The translations under genes and the position numbers were made by a program. The notes below the pieces were generated by a model. It was not told the DNA's origin. It was given only the letters and a program-made list of their open reading frames with translations, and made no database searches. A stretch of DNA of 64,000 nt from Patescibacteria group bacterium (GTDB lineage Bacteria; Patescibacteriota; Patescibacteriia; Patescibacteriales; UBA12465), in assembly GCA_041651355.1 (NCBI GenBank), contig JBAZJK010000001.1:817489-881488 (forward strand). Reading direction: 5' to 3'. This document shows, piece after piece, positions 17,805 through 26,126 of this stretch (position 1 is its first letter; each line of letters begins with the position of its first letter).

Positions 17805-18584
17805 ATGCTAAAAATTACCAGTCCCCACAATGAAAAGATAAAAAATCTAATTAGACTAGCTAAGAACAGAGAAAGAGATAAGCAGTCTTTGATTATTATC
17901 GAAGGCGCCCGGGCGATAAAGGAGGCGATGAGAGCCGGCTTTTTGATCAGCCAAGCTTTTTTTTGCCGAGAATTAATGAAAGACAAGAGCCTTTTGCCAG
18001 ATTTTCCTGATTTTATTGAGGTCGAACCGTCGGTTTTTAAGAGAGTCTCTTATGCCGAAAATCCCGATGGTTATTTAGTCCTGGCTAAGCCTAAATACAT
18101 AGATTTAAAAGATAGTAAGCTCAGTAGCCAGCCCTTAGTTCTTGTTTTGGAGTCTCTAGAGAAGCCGGGAAATCTGGGGGCTATTTTGCGTAGCGCCTAT
18201 GCGGCCAAGGTTGACTTGATTATTATAAATGACCCTAAGACCGATATATATAATCCCAACGTCATTAAGACGAGTGAGGGATTTCTGTTTAACAATCAGG
18301 TGGTCATAGCCACTCAGAAGGCGACTTATAAGTTTTTAAAAGATCACGAGATCCTTGTTTTAGCAACCAGCATCCAGGCCGCCAAGATTTATACCGGTAT
18401 TGATTTTACTAAGCCTCATGCCTTAGTAATCGGATCAGAATCCAAGGGTTTAAGCCGTTCTTGGCTATCTCTGGCTGACGAACAGATCAAGATTCCTATG
18501 AAACCGGGAATTGACTCCCTAAACGCCTCTGTTAGTACGGCTGTTATTCTGTTTGAGGCTTGGCGCCAGAGAGGGTTTAGTTGA
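17805..18584 (+). CDS. TrmH/SpoU-family RNA 2'-O-methyltransferase (RlmB-like)
   Basis: LESLEKPGNLGAILRSA, LVIGSESKGLS, IPMKPGIDSLNASVSTAVILFE SPOUT motifs. Confidence 0.88.
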   Translation: MLKITSPHNEKIKNLIRLAKNRERDKQSLIIIEGARAIKEAMRAGFLISQAFFCRELMKDKSLLPDFPDFIEVEPSVFKRVSYAENPDGYLVLAKPKYIDLKDSKLSSQPLVLVLESLEKPGNLGAILRSAYAAKVDLIIINDPKTDIYNPNVIKTSEGFLFNNQVVIATQKATYKFLKDHEILVLATSIQAAKIYTGIDFTKPHALVIGSESKGLSRSWLSLADEQIKIPMKPGIDSLNASVSTAVILFEAWRQRGFS

Positions 18585-18635
18585 CACAAAGGATGTTTTT
18601 TATTAATATCATCAAGTCTAGGATAATACTTTAAT

Positions 18636-18707
18636 GCGCCCATAGTTCAATGGATAGAACACCAGCCTTCTAAGCTGGTTATGGGGGTTCGATTCCCTCT
18701 GGGCGTA
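18636..18707 (+). tRNA. tRNA-Arg (anticodon TCT)
   Basis: Acceptor GCGCCCA/TGGGCGT (terminal G-U), anticodon stem CCAGC/GCTGG with loop CTTCTAA, T-loop TTCGATT. Confidence 0.8.
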
Positions 18708-18772
18708 CGGATTTGTTAGAAATTGACAAGTTGCTTATAAGGATTTACGCTATTTATAGCATGAAAAATAAT

Positions 18773-18846
18773 GGTGAGTGTAGCTCAGCTGGTAGAGCGC
18801 TGGATTGTGGCTCCAGTGGCCGTGGGTTCAAGTCCCATCACTCACC
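18773..18846 (+). tRNA. tRNA-His (anticodon GTG) with encoded G-1
   Basis: GGTGAGTG...CACTCACC. The extra 5' G pairs with C73. Anticodon stem CTGGA/TCCAG with loop TTGTGGC. Confidence 0.85.
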
Positions 18847-18850
18847 CAGT

Positions 18851-18885
18851 AAAAAATAACCCTAATATTGGGGTTATTTTTGTTT
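18851..18885 (+). terminator. intrinsic terminator
   Basis: TAACCC-taatattg-GGGTTA followed by TTTTTGTTTT. Confidence 0.7.
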
Positions 18886-18921
18886 TAGTTTGGATAGACC
18901 CCTAGAGGGATGGCAAATTAA

Positions 18922-18950
18922 TTGACAAAATATAATAAATATGATAAAAT
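18922..18950 (+). promoter_or_regulatory. sigma70-like promoter (TTGACA-17-TAAAAT)
   Basis: Consensus -35 with 17-nt spacing, upstream of the 81-aa membrane ORF. Confidence 0.5.
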
Positions 18951-18995
18951 ATGGGCACAGTTCATTGAAATATTAACCAGAAAATTATATAAGTC

Positions 18996-19241
18996 ATGAA
19001 AAAGTTTAAAATTTCTTTTTTAACCTTTATTTCCACCTTTCTTCTCAGTGTTATGTTTGGCTGGGTCGCGTCTAGTATAATTGTTTTTTTTGTTATTTTT
19101 ATTATAAAGATGATTTCAGGCCAAGAAAAAAGAAGGGTAAAAGAGAATTTCATATACTATTTAGGGCAGTTCAGTAGCATCGCGTTAGGATGCTTAGCAA
19201 ATGTTCTTGAAGTGTATTTAATTGGAATTTTAGGCATCTAG
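18996..19241 (+). CDS. small hypothetical membrane protein (81 aa, 2-3 TM)
   Basis: Framed by its own promoter and terminator; hydrophobic segments. I recognise no homology. Confidence 0.45.
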   Translation: MKKFKISFLTFISTFLLSVMFGWVASSIIVFFVIFIIKMISGQEKRRVKENFIYYLGQFSSIALGCLANVLEVYLIGILGI

Positions 19242-19256
19242 CCTGTTTTAGCTGTT

Positions 19257-19288
19257 AAATCCCGCGCCCAAATAAGTCGGGATTTTTT
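19257..19288 (+). terminator. intrinsic terminator
   Basis: AAATCCCG...CGGGATTT stem followed by TTT. Confidence 0.7.
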
Positions 19289-19390
19289 ATTTAGTTAAAC
19301 GCTCCGTTAAAATGGTTTCTCAGCTTTCCATAACAGCTACCCCCGATATTTTTTTGAAATTTTGTTAGGATATAATCCTATAATCAGTGT

Positions 19391-19489
19391 AGATTAAATA
19401 TCGAACAACAAGGCGTTAGAGGACGCCTACAAGGACTAAAAAGTCCGGAGACTGATTACCATAAGGGGTTAATTGAAAACCTCTTTTTT
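19391..19489 (+). ncRNA. candidate small RNA or 5' leader (unclassified)
   Basis: TTGAAA (19354) and TATAAT (19379) hexamers 19 nt apart. Two short hairpins (GGCGT/ACGCC 19412-19427; GGAC/GTCC 19432-19446). Terminator AAGGGGTT-aattgaa-AACCTCTT followed by TTTT (19463-19489). No ORF longer than 18 codons. Confidence 0.3.
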
Positions 19490-19551
19490 ATTTACACAAG
19501 CACTCCATTAAAAAATTTTTTTCGGCTGTCGCGATTAGCTACTTCAAGCGG

Positions 19552-19580
19552 AAAAGACGAGTTCAAAGGCTCGTCTTTTT
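19552..19580. terminator. second intrinsic terminator in the same non-coding region
   Basis: AAAAGACGAG-ttcaaagg-CTCGTCTTTT followed by T; an A-run upstream makes it formally bidirectional. Confidence 0.65.
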
Positions 19581-19665
19581 ATATTAGTCCTATAGACCAT
19601 CTTATTGGCGGGATTTTTGATCTACAAAACAAAAGTGCTCCTAAAAATTAGCATTTTGTGTTAAA

Positions 19666-20637
19666 GTGAAGATATTAATTTTCTTAGTTATGGCCTTGGT
19701 GACGAGGAATAAACAAGTGGGCAATTGGCAAAAGTATTTTTTACTGTTTATTTTATTGATAGGCTTTATTCTTTTTAAAGATAGGCTTTTAGTATTTACT
19801 AATTCCTTATCTAGGAATCTTTTCGGGCTAAGCAATAAGCCTATAAGCTACCGGATAAATCAGTTAGATCCAGGCTTTGGCCTAACTCAAGAAGATGCTT
19901 TATCTGCGCTGGCTGAAGCGGAAAAAGTTTGGGAATCTCCTTTTGGTAAAGAATTATTTATTTCTGATCCCCAGGGAAATTTAGCGATTAATTTCGTGTA
20001 CGATAAGCGACAAGCTTCAACTAACGAATTACAGAACTTAGATAATCAAGTATCCGAAGAAACCGCTGAGTTTGAGTCCTATAAGCAAAATTATGATGTT
20101 TTGGTTAAAGAATATAATCAGAAGAAAGCTGCTTTAGAAGAAAAAATTAATAATTATCAATCTCTGGGCTCTGAATATGAAAATAAACTCCGGCTTTATA
20201 AGAGTTCGGGTTCTGATCCAGAGAAAGCAAGTTCTCTAAATGACGATATGGAGAGATTGAGTCAGATGTATAGAGAAATAACAGTCGAGCAGGATAATTT
20301 AACTAGTTTAGTTTCACGTATAAATTCTTTAGCTCAAGGCGCTAATCGTTCCCTGCCTCAACTTAATGACAACGTCCGGGCCTACAACGATCTCTTGGCT
20401 GATAATTCTGGCGAGTTTCAAGAGGGCGAATATTTATATAAATCGGGCAAGCAATCAATTAATATTTATCAGTTTACGGATAGGCAAGACCTGATTTTTT
20501 TATTGGCTCATGAATTAGGACACGCTCTTGGTTTAGAACATTCTGCTAATCCCAATTCCTTGATGTATAAGTTAAATTATTCGCAAACAGCTTCGGTTGT
20601 AGAAGATGATCTAAGAAGGCTGAGGGAGCTCTACTGA
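19666..20637 (+). CDS. metzincin (matrixin-like) zinc metalloprotease with internal coiled-coil insert
   Basis: HELGHALGLEHS zinc motif followed by SLMY (Met-turn). N-terminal TM/signal segment. About 150 aa of heptad-like Q/E/N/L-rich sequence lies between the N-terminal part and the catalytic helix. GTG start (alternative ATG at 19690). Confidence 0.75.
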   Translation: MKILIFLVMALVTRNKQVGNWQKYFLLFILLIGFILFKDRLLVFTNSLSRNLFGLSNKPISYRINQLDPGFGLTQEDALSALAEAEKVWESPFGKELFISDPQGNLAINFVYDKRQASTNELQNLDNQVSEETAEFESYKQNYDVLVKEYNQKKAALEEKINNYQSLGSEYENKLRLYKSSGSDPEKASSLNDDMERLSQMYREITVEQDNLTSLVSRINSLAQGANRSLPQLNDNVRAYNDLLADNSGEFQEGEYLYKSGKQSINIYQFTDRQDLIFLLAHELGHALGLEHSANPNSLMYKLNYSQTASVVEDDLRRLRELY

Positions 20638-20667
20638 TATTTAGCCTCTTTATGGTATAATTAAGAT

Positions 20668-22296
20668 ATGATTAATAAAAAAGATTATAAGATAGCTTAT
20701 TTCAGTATGGAAGTGGCTCTGGAAGAAGGGCTGGAAACTTACGCTGGCGGCCTCGGCATCCTGGCTGGCGACCTATTGCGCTCTGCTCATGATTTAGGAT
20801 TACCAATGCTTGGTCTGAGCTTATTGAATAATAAGGGGTATTTTAATCAATCCTTGGATAAGACCGGTGAACAGACAGAGCTTCCAGAAAAAAACTTTGA
20901 TTTTTCTCGTTTAAAGAAGATGCCCCAGCTGGTCAGCGTTAACATCGGCTCGGATGAAGTTATGGTGGCCGCCTGGCAATATCTGATCGATAATGAGGCT
21001 CCGATCTATCTTTTAGATACTAATTTGTCAGAAAACGCTCCCGAGTATCAAGATTTGACTAGCAGTCTGTATGGCAGCGACAAGGAGCATCGCTTAAAAC
21101 AAGAAATTATTCTCGGTCGAGGTGGAGTTAAAATGTTGGCGGAGCTTGGTTATGATGTCAATAAATTCCATATCAATGAGGGGCATGGGATTATGGCAGC
21201 AATTGAGCTTTTTTCCTCTTCTACACAAAACAATGAACCGGAAAAGATTAGAGAGGTGAAAAAAAAGATAGTCTTTACAATCCATACTTCGATTAAGGCC
21301 GCTCAGGATGTTTTACCCAATGAAGTTCTTATTAAAAATGTGCCAGATTTTCCGATTAATTTGCCAGGCTTGTCCCGAGACGGCAGGGTAAGTCTAACTG
21401 ACGTCGGAGTATATTTTAGCAATTATGTGAACGGAGTCTCTTTGAGCCATAAGAATGTTTTGGAAAAGATTTTTCCTGATATTGATGTCCACGCCGTTAC
21501 TAACGGTGTCCGGGCTCTAACTTGGACGTCTGCTGAATTCCAAGCCCTATATGATAAATACATTCCCGGCTGGAGGATGTCTAGTTCATTTTTAGTAGAA
21601 GCCAACTCTATTCCTTTGCCGGAGCTATGGCAGGCCCATCAGAAAAACAAAGAACACCTTTTGGACTATATAACACAAAAACAAGAAATATTTTTGAAGG
21701 CCAAGACTTTTACCATCGGTTTTGCCCGCCGCTTTACCGCCTATAAAAGGCCACTCATGCTTTTAACCGATATGGAGAGGCTTTTGTCTATCCATCAAGA
21801 TGTAGGCAAAATACAAATAATCTATGCCGGTAAAGCTCATCCTAATGATTTGGATGGCAAGAAGATGATTAAGGAGATATATCATATCAAGGATGCTTAC
21901 CGTGACAAGATAGATATAGTTTTTCTAGAAGACTATGAGATATCCTTGGCTAAATTGCTGGTTGCCGGTGTCGATCTTTGGCTTAGTAATCCGCTACCAC
22001 CAAACGAAGCCTCTGGTACTAGCGGCATGAAGGCGGCACACAATGGCGTGCCACAACTCAGCACTTTTGATGGCTGGTGGGTGGAAGGCTATATTAAAGA
22101 CAAAACCGGCTGGTTGATTGAGGGCGAGTCGATAGATTTATATAACATCTTAGAACAGGAAATAATTCCGATGTATTATAATAACCCTGAATCTTATCAA
22201 CGCTTAATGAGGTCAACAATCAGCCTAAGTGCTTCGGTTTTTAGTTCGGAGAGAGCCTTAAGGAAGTATAATGGCCAAGCTTATCAAAGGAGATAA
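20668..22296 (+). CDS. glgP: alpha-glucan phosphorylase (short GT35 type)
   Basis: YFSMEVALEEGLETYAGGLGILAGD N-terminus and the EASGTSGMKAAHNG pyridoxal-phosphate lysine motif. Confidence 0.88.
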   Translation: MINKKDYKIAYFSMEVALEEGLETYAGGLGILAGDLLRSAHDLGLPMLGLSLLNNKGYFNQSLDKTGEQTELPEKNFDFSRLKKMPQLVSVNIGSDEVMVAAWQYLIDNEAPIYLLDTNLSENAPEYQDLTSSLYGSDKEHRLKQEIILGRGGVKMLAELGYDVNKFHINEGHGIMAAIELFSSSTQNNEPEKIREVKKKIVFTIHTSIKAAQDVLPNEVLIKNVPDFPINLPGLSRDGRVSLTDVGVYFSNYVNGVSLSHKNVLEKIFPDIDVHAVTNGVRALTWTSAEFQALYDKYIPGWRMSSSFLVEANSIPLPELWQAHQKNKEHLLDYITQKQEIFLKAKTFTIGFARRFTAYKRPLMLLTDMERLLSIHQDVGKIQIIYAGKAHPNDLDGKKMIKEIYHIKDAYRDKIDIVFLEDYEISLAKLLVAGVDLWLSNPLPPNEASGTSGMKAAHNGVPQLSTFDGWWVEGYIKDKTGWLIEGESIDLYNILEQEIIPMYYNNPESYQRLMRSTISLSASVFSSERALRKYNGQAYQRR

Positions 22297-22308
22297 TTTT
22301 TATTAGAC

Positions 22309-22337
22309 AAAAAAAGAGGGGCCGAGGCCCCTTTTTT
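22309..22337. terminator. bidirectional intrinsic terminator
   Basis: AAAAAAGAGGGGC-cgag-GCCCCTTTTTT between convergent genes. Confidence 0.8.
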
Positions 22338-23652
22338 ACCAACTGAATTTTTCCCAGTATATCTGGGATTTTTTTATTTTAAGGGTTTTGAGAATCTTAA
22401 TGATGCTTTTAGTCATCATTTCAGGGCCGCAGATAAAAATATCCCTTTCTGTTAAATCGGGGGAAAATTTAGTGATCTTTTCCAGGTCAAGCCGGCCATA
22501 ATCATAGCCATCAATTTTTTCTTGGCTGAGAATGTGGAAGATCTTGAGTCGAGGGTTAAGCTGGGTTAAAGCGGCTAGCTCTTCTTTAAATACAATTTCT
22601 TTTAGGCTTTTGTTGGCGCAGATTAAAATAATATCCTTAGCTTGTTGGCCAAGCTCCTCAATCATTGCTTTTATCGGGGTAATGCCTATACCGCCAGCTA
22701 TCATTAAAACTTTATCCCTTTTAATTTTAGCAGACACAAAAGATCCGTGGGGGCCATCTAAAATGACCGGGTCTCCTACTTTAACCTTTTCTTCTAGTTT
22801 GGAGCTAAAATCTCCCAGGGCTTTAATGGTGAATTGCAGGGTGTTGTCACGGATTTGACCACTTAAAGAAAAGGGATGCTCTTCATACCAGGCGCGGCGA
22901 TTAATAAAGCGCAAGAGGAAGAATTGTCCAGCGGCTATCTTATAATTTTCCATGTTTTGGCCTTTGATATAGACGGAGCGGACTGAATCGTTTTCCCTTT
23001 TTATTTCAGCCACCCTGAATAGGTGTTTTTTGAATCGCCAAACTGGCCGCAAGAAACGATACCAGACTAAAATTGCAATCACTATAAAATAGATGACATA
23101 CCAATAAATTGCGAAGATGGTATTTTGTAAGCTATGGCCGACCTCTAGTTGGTGACCGTAGGCCCAAAGGATGGCTAGGTATAAGAATAAATGGCTTAAA
23201 TACCAAAATTCATATTTGATTTTGTTCTTGATTAGATTGAGGGATATGATGGTGGCTGCAATAAAGACGATCGTTCCTAAAACAGCCATCCCTACTTCGT
23301 CCCAATATAGAACAAAGCTTTGTAGTTGCTGGAAAAAGGCATTATTGGTCCTTTTGCCATACCCAATGATGAGTAGTATGGGGTGCAAGATAATTAAGAA
23401 GAAGCTTAAAAAACCATTAAGTCCGTGGATGACTAATAATTTATCAAGACTGACTGCTTTTTCTAGGTAATCAAAACGGCTAATCAAAATCAGTTGTATT
23501 AGTATGAGCAAGACAGCCAGCAAGCCGCTTAGGCGACCGAAGGCAATCAGCGGTTCAGTTAAAATAATTTCTCTGGAGCCTAATTGCCAGAAAAAGATAA
23601 TAATCGCTAGGTTAAGCAGGAATACTCCCCACAGAATATATTTTCTGTTCAT
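22336..23652 (-). CDS. NOX/ferric-reductase-family flavocytochrome (6-TM di-haem domain fused to FAD/NAD(P)H dehydrogenase domain)
   Basis: His pairs H-x13-H (IHGLNGFLSFFLIILH) and H-x12-H (SHLFLYLAILWAYGH) in TM helices. HPFSLSG FAD motif, GGIGITP nucleotide motif, C-terminal CGPEMM. Confidence 0.8.
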   Translation of the reverse strand: MNRKYILWGVFLLNLAIIIFFWQLGSREIILTEPLIAFGRLSGLLAVLLILIQLILISRFDYLEKAVSLDKLLVIHGLNGFLSFFLIILHPILLIIGYGKRTNNAFFQQLQSFVLYWDEVGMAVLGTIVFIAATIISLNLIKNKIKYEFWYLSHLFLYLAILWAYGHQLEVGHSLQNTIFAIYWYVIYFIVIAILVWYRFLRPVWRFKKHLFRVAEIKRENDSVRSVYIKGQNMENYKIAAGQFFLLRFINRRAWYEEHPFSLSGQIRDNTLQFTIKALGDFSSKLEEKVKVGDPVILDGPHGSFVSAKIKRDKVLMIAGGIGITPIKAMIEELGQQAKDIILICANKSLKEIVFKEELAALTQLNPRLKIFHILSQEKIDGYDYGRLDLEKITKFSPDLTERDIFICGPEMMTKSIIKILKTLKIKKSQIYWEKFSW

Positions 23653-23656
23653 ATTT

Positions 23657-24343
23657 TTATAAAGAATTTTTTAGATATTTATTTAAATTTTTAGCTTGGA
23701 TTTTTTTGAGTTTAATCGCTTTTTTTAGGCTGAAGCCGTTGATTTTCGTTCTTTTTAAATCATAGAGATAAGCGCCGGTGCCTAGGGTTTGACCTAGGTC
23801 GTGAGCTAATGAGCGGATATAGGTGCCGGAAGAACACTTGACTCTAATTTTTAAGTGAGGCCAGCGGTAACTGGTGATTTTTATTTCATATATATTAATA
23901 GTTTGTGTTTTTGGCGTAAATGCTTCCGCGCGCCTGGCTAAGCGATAAGCTCTTTGTCCTTGTATTTTTTTAGCACTGAAGATAGGCGGTCTTTGCTCAA
24001 TCGGGCCAGAATAGTTTAAGACGGCTTGTTTGATTTGAGTTTTTTTCAAGCGCTGACCATTATAGCTGGGTATGACCTCCTGCTCGCGGTCATAACTCGG
24101 ACTAGTTGCCCCTAAATATATATCAGCTTGATATTCTTTATCCAGCTTAATCAATTTTCCTAGTTGTTTTGTATATTCCCTCCCCACGGCTAAAATCATG
24201 AGCCCTGAAGCTAGTGGATCTAGCGTCCCAGCGTGTCCGATGCGTTTCAAGCCGCTAACTCGCCTTAAGTAGTTGACCACCCCATGAGAGCTAAGTCCAA
24301 GCGGCTTATCAATCAGGATAAAACCGGTTTTAATTTCCATCAT
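23657..24343 (-). CDS. truB: tRNA pseudouridine(55) synthase
   Basis: GHAGTLDPLASGLMILAVG catalytic-Asp motif; 228 aa. Confidence 0.92.
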   Translation of the reverse strand: MMEIKTGFILIDKPLGLSSHGVVNYLRRVSGLKRIGHAGTLDPLASGLMILAVGREYTKQLGKLIKLDKEYQADIYLGATSPSYDREQEVIPSYNGQRLKKTQIKQAVLNYSGPIEQRPPIFSAKKIQGQRAYRLARRAEAFTPKTQTINIYEIKITSYRWPHLKIRVKCSSGTYIRSLAHDLGQTLGTGAYLYDLKRTKINGFSLKKAIKLKKIQAKNLNKYLKNSL

Positions 24344-24422
24344 AGCTTAATTTTATAGAAGATTTACTTATTTTACCAGTTTTTGCTATAATAGAAGTGT
24401 TATTTAATTTATTTTTAATTTT

Positions 24423-24707
24423 ATGGCTAGTAAGAAACAAACCGGGACTAAGACTAATAAAAACGAAGGGGCCAAGAAGACGTTTCGCTTCAAGGTTAAT
24501 GGTCATGAAGCTTTAAGCAAGGTTAAAGAATTGATTAAAGCCGGTAATATCCGTAGGATTATAATCAAAAATGAGAAAGAGGAAGTCTTAATGGAGATTC
24601 CTTTGACCGCAGCTGTCATTGGAACGGTCTTTGCTCCAGTTTTGGCGGCCGTCGGAGCCTTAGCCGCTTTGGTCAATAAATGCACTATTGAAGTGGAGAA
24701 AAAGTAA
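24423..24707 (+). CDS. DUF4342-like small protein
   Basis: 94 aa. IRRIIIKNEKEEVLMEIPLTAAVIG followed by an Ala/Val-rich hydrophobic segment, as in DUF4342. Confidence 0.5.
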   Translation: MASKKQTGTKTNKNEGAKKTFRFKVNGHEALSKVKELIKAGNIRRIIIKNEKEEVLMEIPLTAAVIGTVFAPVLAAVGALAALVNKCTIEVEKK

Positions 24708-24723
24708 CCTTTGAAACTTTAGT

Positions 24724-24753
24724 AAAGAACCGCCTGAGTGGCGGTTCTTTTTT
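24724..24753. terminator. bidirectional intrinsic terminator
   Basis: AAAGAACCGCC-tgagt-GGCGGTTCTTT followed by TTT between convergent genes. Confidence 0.8.
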
Positions 24754-26125
24754 ATTCTCGGATAAGTTTTAATACCTCTTCGGTTTTTGCTTTCATGATT
24801 TCCGGCCTGGTGGCCTCTAGGTTTAGACGTAATTTATTTTCCGTATTAGATCCTCTGACATTAAACCAAAAATCAGGATAACTAACTGAGAGGCCGTCTA
24901 ATTTATTTATCTTCCCGTCCGCATACTTCTTGGCCAATTTTTCCAGGCTCGCCACTTTGTCCTTTACCTCGCTATTTATTTCCCCGGATAAGTAATATTT
25001 ATTAAAAGGTTTAATATAATCAGCGGCGCTGACTGACTGACTGGAAATTTCTTGTAGCATCTTTAAAATAATGATTACCGGCATCTCAAAGCAGCCGATT
25101 TCCAGATTAAGATAAAAGTGTCCAGATGATTCACCAGCAAAGTAAATATTATCTTTCAGCATCTGTTCTTTTATTAAAGCGTGTCCGACTTTAGTTACCA
25201 CCGCTTCCCCGCCATTTTCTAAAATCAAATCCTCAGTTATTTTACCCGGTCTGATATCGTAGCCGATTTTTGATTTTGGTTTGTCTTTAAGGAACAGCTT
25301 AGCTAACAGTCCACGAATGATCGCCTGATTGATAGTTTGGCCTTGGTTGTCGAAAAAGAAAACCCGGTCACCATCACCATCGATGGCGATGCCCAGATCA
25401 GCTTTTTCCTTGATGATAGTTGCTTTTATTTGTTGATTGTTCTCTTCTTTTAGGGGGTCAGCTTCGTGGATCGGGAAGGATCCGTCCAGTTCAAAGTTGA
25501 GAGGGATTAATTTTGGCGGGATTAAGTTGAAAAGTCTCTCGATGTATAAAGATCCCATGCCATTAGCTGTGTCCACTACCACTTTTAGTGCTTTGATTTG
25601 CTCGGCTTGGGCATATTTGAGGTCGTGTCTGATTTGTTCTTCTAAGACGTTATCCAAAATCCGTAGTTCACCGCGGTCCTTAATTTTAGGAAAATCATTC
25701 GCTTCAACTAACTTTAATAAATCCTGTAAGCCGCTGTCGCCACTTACTGGTCGAGCTTTAGATCTAACTATTTTGAAACCGTTCCACTCTTTGGGGTTGT
25801 GGGAGGCCGAAATCATTAAGCCGCCATCATAATTATAGTTAGCTACGGCAAAATAGAAGGTCGGCGTAGATACTAGATTAATATCGATAACATCTGCTCC
25901 TGCGTCAAGTAGCCCTTCTATTAAGGAGCTCTTTATATCTTCGGAGGACAGCCTCATGTCTCTGCCAACCACCACTTGCATCCTGTCGCTCGACTTTAAA
26001 TAATCAGGATCCTTTCGTCTAAGGGCAACATAAGCTTGTCCCAAGCGATAGGCCAAATCATTATCAAAGTCTTGCCCGTAGACACCTCTTATATCATAAG
26101 CCTTGAAGATTTCTGGTTTAAACAT
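24752..26125 (-). CDS. phosphomannomutase/phosphoglucomutase
   Basis: ISASHNP phosphoserine loop, DGDGDR metal loop, GESSGH sugar loop. Confidence 0.92.
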   Translation of the reverse strand: MFKPEIFKAYDIRGVYGQDFDNDLAYRLGQAYVALRRKDPDYLKSSDRMQVVVGRDMRLSSEDIKSSLIEGLLDAGADVIDINLVSTPTFYFAVANYNYDGGLMISASHNPKEWNGFKIVRSKARPVSGDSGLQDLLKLVEANDFPKIKDRGELRILDNVLEEQIRHDLKYAQAEQIKALKVVVDTANGMGSLYIERLFNLIPPKLIPLNFELDGSFPIHEADPLKEENNQQIKATIIKEKADLGIAIDGDGDRVFFFDNQGQTINQAIIRGLLAKLFLKDKPKSKIGYDIRPGKITEDLILENGGEAVVTKVGHALIKEQMLKDNIYFAGESSGHFYLNLEIGCFEMPVIIILKMLQEISSQSVSAADYIKPFNKYYLSGEINSEVKDKVASLEKLAKKYADGKINKLDGLSVSYPDFWFNVRGSNTENKLRLNLEATRPEIMKAKTEEVLKLIRE

Positions 26126-26126
26126 A

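Noticed and set aside
19405-19460. Fluoride-riboswitch-like GCCTAC and GGCG strings
   Set aside because: The order of elements is wrong for the crcB motif, and the downstream gene is a protease, not a fluoride-related gene.
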